This document shows, piece by piece, positions 40,186 through 53,146 of a stretch of 64,000 nucleotides of DNA. The position numbers were made by a program, and so were the translations under genes. Positions within the stretch are counted from its first letter, which is position 1. Each line of letters starts with the position of its first letter. The notes below the pieces were generated by a model. The model made no database searches. It saw only the letters and a program-made list of their open reading frames with translations, and had not been told where the DNA came from. The stretch comes from Octopus sinensis (taxonomy: Eukaryota): contig NW_021834790.1 of assembly GCF_006345805.1 (NCBI RefSeq), forward strand, positions 1 to 64,000. The letters run 5' to 3'.

Positions 40186-40375
40186 CACATACATACATAC
40201 ATACATATATACGACGGGTTTCTTTCAGTTCCCGTCTACCAAATCCAGTCACAAGGCTTTTGGCCGGTCCGAGACTATAGTAGAAGTCACTTGCCCAAGG
40301 TGCAATGCAGTGGGACTGAACCCAGAACCATGTGGTTCGTAAGCAAGCTTCTTGCCACAGAGCCACTCCTACGCC
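39915..40375 (-). mobile_element. SINE family A, full length
   Basis: Reverse complement of the consensus. Confidence 0.9.
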
Positions 40376-41339
40376 TCTATATGTGTGTGTGTATGCATAT
40401 ATGTGTGTGTGAATGTGTGTGTGTGTGTTTGTATGAGTGCATACATATTGAGATATGTGCAGTTGAGATGTTGATGCCTTTCTCAATGAAATAGATGACA
40501 TAAGTGAAATGATATGCTTGCAAACAAACTGGAAGTCATGTGTCAATGCGTTAAAAAACAATTTAAGCTGAATGGGAAAATGTGAAGGGCAAAAGCTCAA
40601 TGACACAAGCGCTGGATTTGAAATTAATATACTTCATTTCAAAAAGATGTACAAAACGTAGGGTTTTTTTATATTCTTGTGAAATGGTATATTAGCATTT
40701 AGCCTAAGAACTTTCAGAAGTTACAGAGCTGGCTCATTAGTTTTCGCAGTACGAGGTGGTGCTGCGTGTCATACGATACGGCCTCCTGTATAAAAATGGG
40801 CGGTGCGAATATACATAATATAATTTATAATAACGAAAACAAATAATAGGATATCAAATGGCAAGACATCTAAATGAAGGCGTGATCTAAAGTCAGATAT
40901 GATTACTAAACTGGTATGTGATTTGGAAAATATAATGAGATATTGCGAAATCTAAGCAACTGTGCGGCTTTACAAAACTGTTCTGGGATGGTTAAACTAT
41001 GATGAGGTTATTAAATTCTATATACGGGGATGGGAAAACCCTCAGCCGCAGGCGAGATTCCGACTGCAGCTAAATTTGAAACCATTTCTAACGAAGTTGC
41101 TAAAGGCGGATATAAAAATAAATCGGTTTCCCCTTGAGGCCTATAAGACACGCTTAAGATACATATCTATGAATTTGTAAAATTATTGATTCAGTATTTT
41201 TCTCAACACGCACATTAATTAATCCCAAGTATTGAAGAGGCCATCCACCCCTCCTCTGTGATATTGTAAAATCGAAATATTATGTGGCTTAACTAAATAT
41301 CATATCTGAAACATGACGTCATTATTAAAGTTCAATATA

Positions 41340-41980
41340 GACAGAACTTGTTAGAGTCTGCAAAATTATCTAAAATTATTGTTCTTTGCGTCTCTAGTTC
41401 AAATCTACCGAGCTCAACTTTTTTTCTTTTATACTTCTGTGGTCGATAAAACAAAGTACCAGACAAGTACTGTACTCGATTTAATCGACTGATTTTGTGT
41501 CTATATGTAATCAAAACGTCATGCCTAAATATAAATCTGTGAAATTAGATATTTGTTTTTTTTTTTAATACAGATGGAGACTCACTCATTGCTATATACT
41601 TGCTATTCCCCCATTCAGTGCTTGGACACACCGTTAGTGTTGTTTCCTAGTGACTCTGAGTGTTTTAGGTCTTACAACATACACTTCCATCGTCGTAAAT
41701 ATAAAAATATTTATGATATTATGCGATATAATGTACAATATAATGTGACTATTAAGTTGCCATGTGATATTTTGATATACTCTAATGAGATAACCTACAA
41801 GGGCGTTCCATTGGCAGAATCGTTAATGCAATGGACTAAATGCCGTGTGGTATTTGTTCCTCCGACTTTTTACATTCTGGGTTCAAATCTCGCTAAAGTC
41901 AACTTTACCACTCATCCTAACGGGCTCGATAAAATAAATTATCAGTGAAGTTCGATTTAATCGACTAACTCTTTCTGTAC
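41340..41980. mobile_element. Two old SINE family B copies (- at ~41340-41475, + at ~41800-41980)
   Basis: Degenerate B cores. Confidence 0.55.
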
Positions 41981-42762
41981 TAAATTTGTTGTATAATGTC
42001 CATGTGAAAAATTATCATTATTATTTAAACAATGATAGCATTATTACATAAGATGTGATATGACGTGATACTTTAACTATGAATAAAATTATGATGTGAT
42101 TGTGTGAGGTATTTAATTACAGAATTGTTTATGTTGGTGATATCTAATCTATGGTATATTTAATAAAATGTATATTGTGGTATATTTAATTTCTAGTGAG
42201 ATTTTGTTATATATTACTGTTATAAATTATCCCTAAGTTAATCTCCAAACTAGCCCTGATCGAATAAAGCTATGATCATTATCCAATGTGATGTTTTTTT
42301 AAAGGTCTTAGTATGTACTTTGATGTATATTTGGATGCTATTTTCAGTGATTCTCTGTGTTTCATAAGGGATGGATTCAGCCAGCACGTCGGTAAGAAAT
42401 ACAGAAAAACCAAAAGGAGTTACGTGAATATCAAACGAGTTCCCCATTTAAAAACAAAACCTCACAATCCCCTTATGTTTAGAGAGGATTCCCGCACGAA
42501 GGACCCAAAACATTTTTGCTCCAGCTTCAGAAAATTTTCTGGGGCCCAGGTCGTAAATCACAAAGTTATACATACATACATACATACATACATACATACA
42601 TACATACATACATACATACATACATACATACATACATACATACATACATACATACATACATAGTAAGAATTTGCAAAAACACAAAAGACTAAGACGGGTG
42701 TGTAAACAACAAACAGATGTTTTAGTTTAACGCTCGTGAAGTGATATATATATTTATGAAGG

Positions 42763-43040
42763 CGCATGGCTTAATGGCTAGGATGTTACAATCGCGATTG
42801 CGAGATCGTGATTTCGATTCCCAGACCGGCCGTTGCATTGTGTTCTTGAGCAAAGCACTTCATTTCTCGTTGCTCTGCGATCACTTCGTCATACGACATG
42901 CGGCACGCAGTGCACCTGTACAGATAATGTCGATTTGATGGAGGGAGTGAGCTTATGTGAACACAAACGTATGATCACTAAAAACAAATCACCAGTGTGA
43001 TTGTTTGGCAAGAAATTAACCCTCATACGTCATCTAACGA
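42763..43040 (+). mobile_element. SINE family D with variant tail
   Basis: TGGCTTAATGG A box, TTTCGATTCC B box and TGTGTTCTTGAGCAAAGCACTTCATTTC core; the 3' half differs from 58862-59119. Confidence 0.7.
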
Positions 43041-43062
43041 TGGGAGAGTCTATGATATATTA

Positions 43063-43475
43063 AGGCGGCGAGCTGGCAGAATCGTTAGCACGCCGGGCGA
43101 AATGCTAAGCAGTATTTCGTCTGTCGCTACGTTCTGAGTTCAAATTCCGCCGAGGTCAACTTTGCCTTTCATCCTTTCGGGGTCGATTAAATAAGTACCA
43201 GTTACACACTGGGGTTGATATAATCGACTTAATCCCTTTGTCCTTGTTTGTCCTCTTTGTGTTTAGCCCCTTGTGGGTAGTAAAGAAATAGGTATTTCGT
43301 CTGCCGCTACGTTCTGAGTTCAAATTCCGCCGAGGTCGACTTTGCCTTTCATCCTTTCGGAGTCGATTAAATAAGTACCAGTTGAACACTGAGGTCGATA
43401 TAATCGACTTAATCCCTTTGTCTCTCCTTGTTTGTCCCCTCTGTATGTAGCCCCTTGTGGGCAGTAAAGAAATAG
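43063..43475 (+). mobile_element. SINE family B head-to-tail dimer inside one TSD
   Basis: A full copy to ~43290, then a 5'-truncated copy starting GGTATTTCGTCTG. TSD GTCTATGATATAT at 43048-43060 and 43478-43490. Confidence 0.9.
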
Positions 43476-44200
43476 GGGTCTATGATATATGTATACAATA
43501 TAAAAAGATTCAGGGGGTACCCAAAACATTTGTCAGGAGTTACATGTACTATTTACAACTGCTTGGTTCAGTTCCATGCGACTTAATTAATTTTATGTGA
43601 TACGAACTATGATGTGGTCAGTAAATTGTAAAGTGATATCTCGAATGCATAGTACTGCCAACATATTCTAGCTGGATGAAATATAAGCTGAACTGTCAAC
43701 TGCTACCTGTTAAACTGTATATTATTTTAACAACATAAGGTGGTGCATAAGCCGTGTGTTATTCTAACAACGTAGCATGACATATCAACTATGCTGTTAC
43801 TTCCCAACTCATTCGCTATCGTATTTAAATGAGAAGATATGATATTTTTGATATTTAACCTCTGTAATGTGAAACCGAAATCGAATATGATATCATGATT
43901 GTTTAGTTACGAGACGTCACAATTTTTACAAGCATTCTGTAATTTCTAAATTATTTTCTGTAATATCAAGATTGAGTTGTTATATTTATTTAAATGACGG
44001 TATGAAATCGAAACCCCTGTGTAACGTACCAAGACTATAACCAGATGGCGCTAAATAAATACAGATGTAACACCTTAGATCAGGGATACAACAGAAGATT
44101 TTGGATTCCTGTTGTGTATTTAGCTACAGTATGACCGAGCGCATATTCTCACGTTTGAGCCTTATTGGACATACTTGCGTATGTATATGTATTGTAATAT

Positions 44201-44585
44201 GTGGAGGCGCAATGGCCCAGTGGTTAGGGCAGCGGACTCGCGGTCATAGGATCGCGGTTTCGATTCCCAGACCGGGCGTTGTGAGTGTTTATTGAGCCAA
44301 AACACCTAAAAAAGCTCACGAGGCTCCGGCAGGGGATGGTGGTGATCCTGCTGTACTCTTTCACCACAACTTTCTCTCACTCTTACTTCCTTTTTTGTGT
44401 GTACCTGTATTTCAAGGGGCCGGCCTTGTCACTCTCTGTGTCACGCTGAATATCCCCGGGAACTACGTTAAGGGTGCACGTGTCTGTGGAGTGCTCAGCC
44501 ACTTACACGTTAATTTCACGAGCAGGCTGTTCCGTTGATTCGGATCAACCGAAACCCTCATCGTCGTAACCGACGGAGTGCTTCC
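44201..44585 (+). mobile_element. SINE family C, tail type 2
   Basis: TSD ATTGTAATAT at 44191-44200 and 44586-44595. Confidence 0.92.
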
Positions 44586-44970
44586 ATTGTAATATAATAG
44601 TTGTAAAATATACTGGTTTCTAAATTTGGCACAAGGCCAGAAGTTTCAGGGAAGGCGGTAGGTCGATTACATCGACTTTAGAACTCAACTGATACTTGTT
44701 TTATCGATCCCAGATGGATGAGTTGTAAAATACACGAAATATATATTTTACAACTCTATTCATTGCAGCCTTCCTCCTTTAACACGGGTAAAATGTGATA
44801 CTAGGGAGATGTAGATTGCTTCTAGCGGTTGAGTGTTTTCAGGCCAAGATACGCTGCCTCGTTGTGACGCAGGAAGCTATGATGTGGTATTTAAACAAGA
44901 AAGGAATATTTAGACTAATTTGATATTCTTCATTCAGGGTCTGTGGAGGAAACCCTTCTCCGTGAAATAT

Positions 44971-45226
44971 CTTTACTCTTTTTACTCTTTTACATGTTTC
45001 AGTCATGTGACTGTGGCCATGCTGGAGCCCCGTCTTTAGTCGAGAAAATCGACCCCTTGACGTATTCTTTGTAAGCCTAGTACTTATTCTATCGGTCTCT
45101 TTTGCCGAACCGCTAATGTTACGGGGACGTAACCACACCAGCATCGGTTGTCAAGCGATGTTTAGGGTGACAAGCACAGACACACACACACACACACCCA
45201 CACACACATCACACACACACACGTAT

Positions 45227-45290
<64 letters not shown>

Positions 45291-45460
45291 TTATATACGA
45301 CGGGTCTCTTTCAGACTCCGTATACCAAATCCACTTACAAGGCTTTGATCGGCCCGAGGCTATAGTAGAAGACACTTACCCACGTTGCCACGCAGTGGGA
45401 CTGAACTCGGAACCATGTGGATGGTAAGCAAGCTACTTACCACACAGCCCCTCCTTCGCC
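44971..45460 (-). mobile_element. SINE family A, full length
   Basis: Reverse complement of the consensus. Confidence 0.9.
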
Positions 45461-45559
45461 TCCTATAAAAATTACTCTGATCTGTTGTATGAAATCTAAG
45501 TTGTGTTATATCTAATTAAATTGGTGAGTGTAATATTATTACTCGGCAATTAAAGGTTG

Positions 45560-45765
45560 CTAACTGGAAGAACCGTCATTGCTTCGGACAAAATTCTTAG
45601 CGGCATTTTTTCCGGCATTTTATGTTCTGAGTCCAATCTCGCCAAGGTCAACTTTGCCTTTCCTCGTTTTGGGGTCAACAAAGTAAGTACTTGTGAAGTA
45701 CTGAGTCGATGTAGCCAACGTGTCCCGTCTCCCTGGCATTACTGGCCTTGTGCCAAAATTTGAAA
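45560..45765 (+). mobile_element. SINE family B, degenerate (tail type 2)
   Basis: B core and GGCCTTGTGCCAAAATTTGAAAC end. Confidence 0.65.
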
Positions 45766-46372
45766 CAATTATTATTCCTCAGTTATGTACAAACTGCCGG
45801 GTAATATCATACTCACATCCAAAGGGGAAATATACAGCATCTTAATACAAGGCCTAAGAGGTAAGTTGAGTATTTCGAACCCGGAAGAGTAAAAGGCAAT
45901 GTTGACCTCCGAACGCAAAGAGGCCAAAGATATTCTTAATCGACGGTCTAACGATTCTGCCATGGTAGCTATATACTGATGTGTTATTTAAACTAAGAAG
46001 AAATATGATATCTGCTAGATTAATATGATGTATAAAGTATCGTTTAAAAACATGTTATATGAAGTATTGTTTAAAAAAATCTCGTATCTACAGACGTACA
46101 AGGCTGGAGTTCGTCTTAAACGACTGGAAGTACAAGACTTACTCTTGAACGGAAGGCCAGTCTGTCGCAAGGTTAACCCGCAGTGGTAGTGGACACACAT
46201 TCATCCGAAAGAAATAACGTGAAAAGTAGTGCTTTGTTCAAAGACACAATGCGTTCTTATGTCTGGATATCGAACCCAGAACATAATGACCGTTATCCCA
46301 AGATCAAAAGCACATTCTCTGCGTGCCTTTCAATGCGATATGTGATAGCACTATATATATATATATATATAT

Positions 46373-46575
46373 AATACAAATAAGATAATGGAGAAACAAA
46401 TTCAGTTTGTTTATCAACCTACGGATATCATAATGTTAGATTATTTATTCATTTTAGAAATGAGAACATCAGCTTTTGAAGTTCTCATTTGTAAAATGAA
46501 TAAATAATCTAACATTATAATATCCGTAAGTTGATAAACAAACGGAATTTGTTTCTCCATTTTCTTTTTTGTATT
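46373..46575. mobile_element. Fold-back element, ~95-bp arms and 13-nt loop
   Basis: 46373-46467 pairs with 46481-46575 (..GGAGAAACAAATTC.GTTTGTTTATCAAC.TACGGATAT..). Confidence 0.85.
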
Positions 46576-46783
46576 GTAAATTTACGGCAAAAAATATTTC
46601 TTTATCTTTCACCCGTTTAATACAATAAATGAATTAATTGCATTGCAATTAAAAACATTTATGTATTAAGAATTTGGGCACTTTACCAACAGTATATTGG
46701 ATAAATGAAATCCCATAGTGGGTTACACCCATAACCCCTATCTTACTTTGTATATATATATATTGTTTTATTAGCTTTCTTGA

Positions 46784-47157
46784 TTCAATCATTTGACTGT
46801 GGTCATGCTGGATTACCGCCTTGAAGGTTTTAGTCGAACAAATCGACCCCGGGGCTTATTTTAAAGCCTAATACTTATTCTATCAGTCTCTTTTGCTGTT
46901 TTAATTAAGGGGACGTAAATACACCAACACAGATTGCCAAGCGGTGATGGGGCTGGAGACAAGCACAGGCACAAAGACACACACACACACACACAGATAT
47001 ATACGACGGGCTTCTTTCAGTTTCCGCCCAATCACAAGGCTTTAGTCGGCCCGAGGCTTTAGTAGAAGATACTTGCGCAAGGTGTAACGCAGTGGGGCTG
47101 AACACGCAACCATGTGATTGGAAAGCAAGTTTCTTACCACACAGCCACGCCTGCGCC
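46784..47157 (-). mobile_element. SINE family A, diverged
   Basis: Reverse complement of the consensus. Confidence 0.8.
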
Positions 47158-47183
47158 TATACAAACACACACATATATATTCG

Positions 47184-47375
47184 CCATGATAGATCGCTAG
47201 CCAACGCACATTCTTTATTTTCTCTCGTTTCTTTCTGTGTTCCTTTCTGTGGAAGAGCGTACGCTCGAAACGTTAAAAACCTTTTCACTGCCAGAGCGTT
47301 ATACTAATACATCAGTTTGTTGTCTACACCACCTGTCTTCGTCTTTTGTTTTTGCTTTATTTTTTGTGAATTGTC
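47184..47375 (+). mobile_element. Putative Penelope-like element terminal repeat, copy 3 (hammerhead-like motif at 47243-47279)
   Basis: Diverged homolog of 19785-19968. Confidence 0.5.
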
Positions 47376-47376
47376 C

Positions 47377-47447
<71 letters not shown>

Positions 47448-47451
<4 letters not shown>

Positions 47452-47681
47452 GGTGGCCCAAAAGTAGGTTCACAGTTATTCAACTATCTCTTCGCATTCA
47501 TATATTAACAGTTTAGATCTTGATTATAAAAATTTGAAATCATTATTGTATGCTAATTTAGTTAATTTTGTCAAGCTTCCTTTTCAGTTTGTCAGATAGA
47601 AATTTTTATGTAATAAAATGTTTTTAAAAGAAATTTCAGGTGCCTATGTAATAACTGTAAACCTAATTTGGGGCCACTCTG
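47448..47681. mobile_element. Tc1-type MITE in (TA)n
   Basis: ~30-bp TIRs GGGTGGCCCAAAAGTAGGTTCACAGTT / AACTGTAAACCTAATTTGGGGCCACTCTG. Confidence 0.75.
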
Positions 47682-47827
<146 letters not shown>

Positions 47828-47868
47828 CGATAGATGATATGAATGATATATATATATAATATGGTATA

Positions 47869-47923
<55 letters not shown>

Positions 47924-48852
47924 ATAATGTACACACCCGCATATATATATATATACACTCATATGTATATATTTCTTATGTATATATATTTCAAGAACTT
48001 CTGTAATATCTAATAATAAATTTTGTAATAACTTTTGTAATATCGGCTTCTGATAGGATATCTGATACTATTTTAGGATATCAATTTAGTAGACCAATGT
48101 AGATATTTCAATTGTGAGCCAATATCCAAGATGCGTATTAGGTCTATGCTGTGAGTTATATATCGTAGAATGGGCGGTAATATTTAATCATATTTGTCTT
48201 TTTTCTTTTTCGAAAATTCTATAATATTGAATACATTCTCAATGATCTCAAAATAACTTATTAATTATGGAAACTAGTTTAGAGACTATGGTATACTTAT
48301 ATTATTGCAAATTTTAAACAAATGTAATAAACGGAATGTTTCCAACGCAGAAATAAAATTGCGAAAACGAAAAATAAATTAAAATATTTATTTCTTCATA
48401 ACGATGATCTATTCCATATTCTGTCTTATGATGTAAACATATGACGTCATAGCTATGACGTAACAGTGTGGAATATCCAAATAAGAACTGATATCTAAAT
48501 TATATGATAAATAACGTGATAGCTAAACTATTTGGAAACTATCTAAGGTTTATAACAATTATATAAATGGTTTCAAATTTTGGCATAAGCCCAATAGTTT
48601 TAAGGAACGGGGCTTGTCGTTTACATCGACCCTAGTGTTCAACTGCTTCTTATTTTATCGACCCCGGGATGTCGGCTTTACCATCCAGTCTTTGAGCGTC
48701 GATAAAATAAGTACCAGTCGAGTACTGGGGTCGATGTAATTGACTTACTCCCTCTCCCGAAATTGATGGCCATGTGCCAAAATTTGGAACAATGTTTAAA
48801 TACTGAAACCAGTGAAATAACGACTCCATCTATCTCTCTATCCTATAATATA

Positions 48853-49362
48853 TCTTATATATAAAATAGACTTGTGTGTGTATTCGCTTTTCACGTGAAA
48901 ACGGCTGCGCGAATTGGTTTCATACTTGGGGTGCATCAATAATTTGATCCCGGATACATAATAGGGTCTTATTAAAAATAAATGATATTGCTTTATATAT
49001 ACGATTCACTTCTTTAAAAAGGTATTTCAATCTTAACTTCCGGTATTGATGTAGCAACCGTTGCAGGCGACATTTTCTGTTTTCATTTGCGACATCTCTC
49101 ACCCTCTATTTTAATGTTTACATTTCAAGTTTTAATTCGCTATTTACAAACAACTGAGATAAATTAGTAAAAGAAATATTCACTAAGCAAGTGAGATTTT
49201 TTATAAATTGAAGTTTTCAAGAAAATTTGCTTTCTGAACTACCTTTCATTATTGAATATTTCAAGATAAATTTAAATTCGGTACAAGATAGTTTTAACGA
49301 GCTTTTATTTATACGATTTTTTCATTTCATGTTTATTTCATTCATTGTTTGTAATGTTCTCT

Positions 49363-49406
<44 letters not shown>

Positions 49407-49416
49407 TAAACACAAA

Positions 49417-49447
<31 letters not shown>

Positions 49448-49465
49448 GCACGCATACACACACAT

Positions 49466-49508
<43 letters not shown>

Positions 49509-50306
49509 AGGTTTGATTACGTTATCGCACAAATATCACATTAGAATTTTACAATTCAACATGGGGCATCCAAAAAAATATGGGCATTCTTTCGCTTGAA
49601 CCCGCGCACTTTGTTAATTTCCGTAATTTTTTTCTTTTACTTTTTGTATGTACGCTTGTATATTATGTATGAGTGTGTATGTGTGCGTGAGAGAAAGAGA
49701 GAGAGGGGGGGATAAAGAGTGTGAATAAAAGGGTGTGTTATCATGTATACGCACATACATAAATACATATGCACACATCTGTTTTGTATGTATGTGTGCG
49801 TGTGCATCTGTGTGAGACAGAGAGAGAGAGAAAGACAGAGATGTCTAAGTGGCACTCACTTTCTCTCTATCACACACACACAAACGCACACATACATACA
49901 AAAAAGATGCATTCATATTCATTTGTGTATGTACATATACATGACAACACCCCCCCCCTTCACTCACTCACTCTCTCTTTCTCTCTTTCCCTCTCTCTCT
50001 CTCTCTTTCTCTCTCACGTCCATTTCATATACACGTACATACATCTTTCACTTTCGCCTCTCTTTGATTTTAAAACAAAAGTAAATAAATATAAAAAAAC
50101 GTCACGGAAATTAACGAACCACAAGCTGTTCCTTTTGACATTTCTGCGGGTTCAACCGAAAGAACACCAAAATATGCGATGGAAAAGAGCATTTAGCAGC
50201 AAAAACACGACGGCAGACAATATCATAAAAATTATTAGAACTGTGAATTAAATGTGGAAATATTGTAGCTAGCAGAAAACCGCCCGGAGGGTGGTCCTTC
50301 TGCTAG
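48853..50306 (+). mobile_element. Non-autonomous Helitron (probably complete)
   Basis: 5' end A|TCTTATATATAAAA. 3' GC-rich hairpin ACCGCCC-GGA-GGGTGGT (50279-50295) lies 7 nt before CTAG|T. No TSD, as expected for an A^T Helitron insertion. Pairing of the two ends into one element is inference. Confidence 0.6.
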
Positions 50307-50559
50307 TATATATGTGTGTGTGTATGTATATGTGAGTGTGCGTGAGTGTGTGTGTATGTACGTATGTGTACATGTATGTATGTACATATGTATCTCTCTA
50401 TCTATCTATCATCTATCTATACACACACACACACACTCACACACACATATATAGGTAAAATTGATATATACGCACACACATATATATATATTCATACATG
50501 CACATACTTACACACATACATGAAGACATACACATACTCATACATGCATACTTACACAT

Positions 50560-50958
50560 GGAATGGAATGGAATGGAAGCACTCCGTCGGTTACGACGAC
50601 GAGGGTTCCGGTTGATCCGAATCAACGGAACAGCCTGCTCGTGAAATTAACGTGTAAGTGGCTGAGCACTCCACAGACACGTGTACCCTTAACGTAGTTC
50701 TCGGGGATATTCAGCGTGACACAGAGAGTGACAAGGCCGGCCCTTTGAAATACAGGTACAACAGAAACAGGAAGTAAGAGTGAGAGAAAGTTGTGGTGAA
50801 AGAGTACAGCAGGGATCACCACCATCCCCTGCCGGAGCTGCGTGGAGCTTTAGGTGTTTTGGCTCAATAAACACTCACAACGCCCGGTCTGGGAATCGAA
50901 ACCGCGATCCTATGACCGCGAGTCCGCTGCCCTAACCACTGGGCCATTGCGCCTCCAC
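50560..50958 (-). mobile_element. SINE family C, tail type 2, (TTCCA)n tail
   Basis: Reverse complement of 23909/44201, with an ACTTACACAT TSD on both flanks. Confidence 0.92.
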
Positions 50959-52076
50959 ACTTACACATACATACATACAAATTAACTTACACATACATAC
51001 AAATATACACATACACATACATAACATACACTTACACATACATACATACAAATATAACTTACACATACATACATACAAAAATACGCGCGTACGCAAAAGA
51101 GAGAGAGATGGATGGATGGATGGGACAGACAATGCGTTGGCAATTTACATATGATAATTTTCGTTATATGTAGATATGCATGTATGAATATAGATTCATT
51201 ATATGCATATAATCATATATTTATGCGTTATGAGACAATCCGTTCATCATCTATCGACTAAAAAGATCTTTGCAATTTCACTCTTTTCCGGTTATATGGC
51301 ACCATAGGTGCTGCCAAGGGACATCGATATTATTAGAGAATCTTTTCTCGGTTTTGGCTTTTAACCTCTTCCCAATCATTCTTTTACATTTTTCAGAATT
51401 ATTTTGATAGAGAAAAATGAAATAGATTCAGCCATTCTCTTACGTAAATCTAAACATCTGTTTCTTCAGCTTCTACGCAAGCCCCTCGCCCATATATTTA
51501 AAGAATGTGGTCGGATTTATGTTCCGAGGGAATTTGCTGCTCATAAATTGAATTGGTTTCAACTGGGTACTGAAACCTCATCGCATTTGTACATGTTATA
51601 TTTTATTCAGCTATTCTTCTTTATGAGTTTTCATTTTGCAATTTCCCCCAAAAAATTTGTTTAGTTGTTGCCTAGACTGTAGGAAACTATATCTTAGAAT
51701 TATGGTGAATTTTTAGAGAGAATAGCTCTCTCTTTCTCTCCCCCCACTATCTCGCTCTCTCCTGCCCCTATATATATATATATATATATATATCTAATAT
51801 ATATATATATTATATATATATATATAATATATATTTTATATATATGTGCGTGGGTCTATGTGTGATGACCCGTTTGTCTTTGTGTTCATCCTTCGTGTAT
51901 TTACGTTATTTATTTAGGTAAAGGTATTATATTATATATATATATTATATATTATATATAGATATTATATAATATTATATATATATATATATATGCATGT
52001 ATGAATACATTTACGTATATATATATATGTGTGTGTGTGTGATGTATATATATATATATTTTATATATATATATAT

Positions 52077-52107
<31 letters not shown>

Positions 52108-52939
52108 GATATATATATATATAGTGTATATTTGTCTGTGCGTGTGTTGCGATATGTATATATAAGTATGCTGTAGCTTGCTTGAAGCACTGCAAAATAT
52201 ATAAAAACTGTTATTGTATAACACTACAACAGCTGAAGATAGAACATAAATAAGAACAAAGACAAAGATTGAATTGCTACCTTGAAAATTTTCAACAGCC
52301 CCGATATTTCGAGTAAAAGCTTCTTTCAGGAAAGCACAAGAGAAAAAGAGAGACAAAGAGTGAGAGAGAGTGGGTGAGAGTAAAGTGAGAACCAAAATAC
52401 AGTTTAGGTTGGCGCGTTGGGTTAAGTGAAATTAAAGTGAACACGAATATTGAAGTGTGGGAATTGAGCAACGTTCTATGTACTGCTGGTTTCAGCGTAT
52501 GGATGTGATGTGTACGCGAGGAGGAATCGGGTGAAGTATCGTAATGCCGGGTGGCTACTGACAGTGACTATTATAACCCCTGGATGCCATTTAATACATA
52601 AACTTTCTTGGCATTTCAACAGCTCCATCACCAACACTTCAGAAATTGTGATGTCTGCTTTTCTGAACTGTCGGCACCAGTTAACTTTATGTAGCTACTC
52701 GTATTCTTGAAATACGTGTGTTCTAGTTTTAGGGAAATGCGTCTATATGGTCAGTAGACTCGGTGGAAATAGCAGCTAAGGTCTCATTTGAATAGCACCC
52801 TATCACCTTTAAAATATATAGTTCTAGGTGCACTGTGTGGAAATAGGAACGAAGACGGGATGATCACGGCAAAAATTAGTTTCAATTAGAGCTGACCAAC
52901 ATCTTATTCCAACAATATACACACATGCGCGCATACAAT

Positions 52940-52972
<33 letters not shown>

Positions 52973-53001
52973 GTATGTATATATAAAGAGAGGAGGAGAA
53001 C

Positions 53002-53146
53002 GCGTGAGTGAGAAAGAAAAGAGGAGCGAACCCTACGTACGCGTGAGGGAGAAAGAAAAGAGGAGCGACCCCTACGTACGCGTGAGTGAGAGAGAAAAGA
53101 GGAGCGACCTCTACGCACGCGTGAGAAAGAAAAGAGGAGCGGCCTC
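53002..53146. repeat. 39-bp minisatellite, ~3.7 copies
   Basis: Unit GCGTGAGTGAGAAAGAAAAGAGGAGCGAACCCTACGTAC at 53002, 53041 and 53080, partial at 53119; no spacers. Confidence 0.9.

Noticed and set aside
42348-45860. Plus-strand exon candidates 42348-42391 (44 nt) and 45783-45860 (78 nt) that are phase-compatible
   Set aside because: The second acceptor has a weak pyrimidine tract and abuts a SINE tail, and the joined peptide is unrecognisable. Such pairs are expected by chance in 64 kb.
53002-53146. 39-bp repeats as a CRISPR array
   Set aside because: The units are directly tandem with no unique spacers, the context is eukaryotic, and there are no cas genes.
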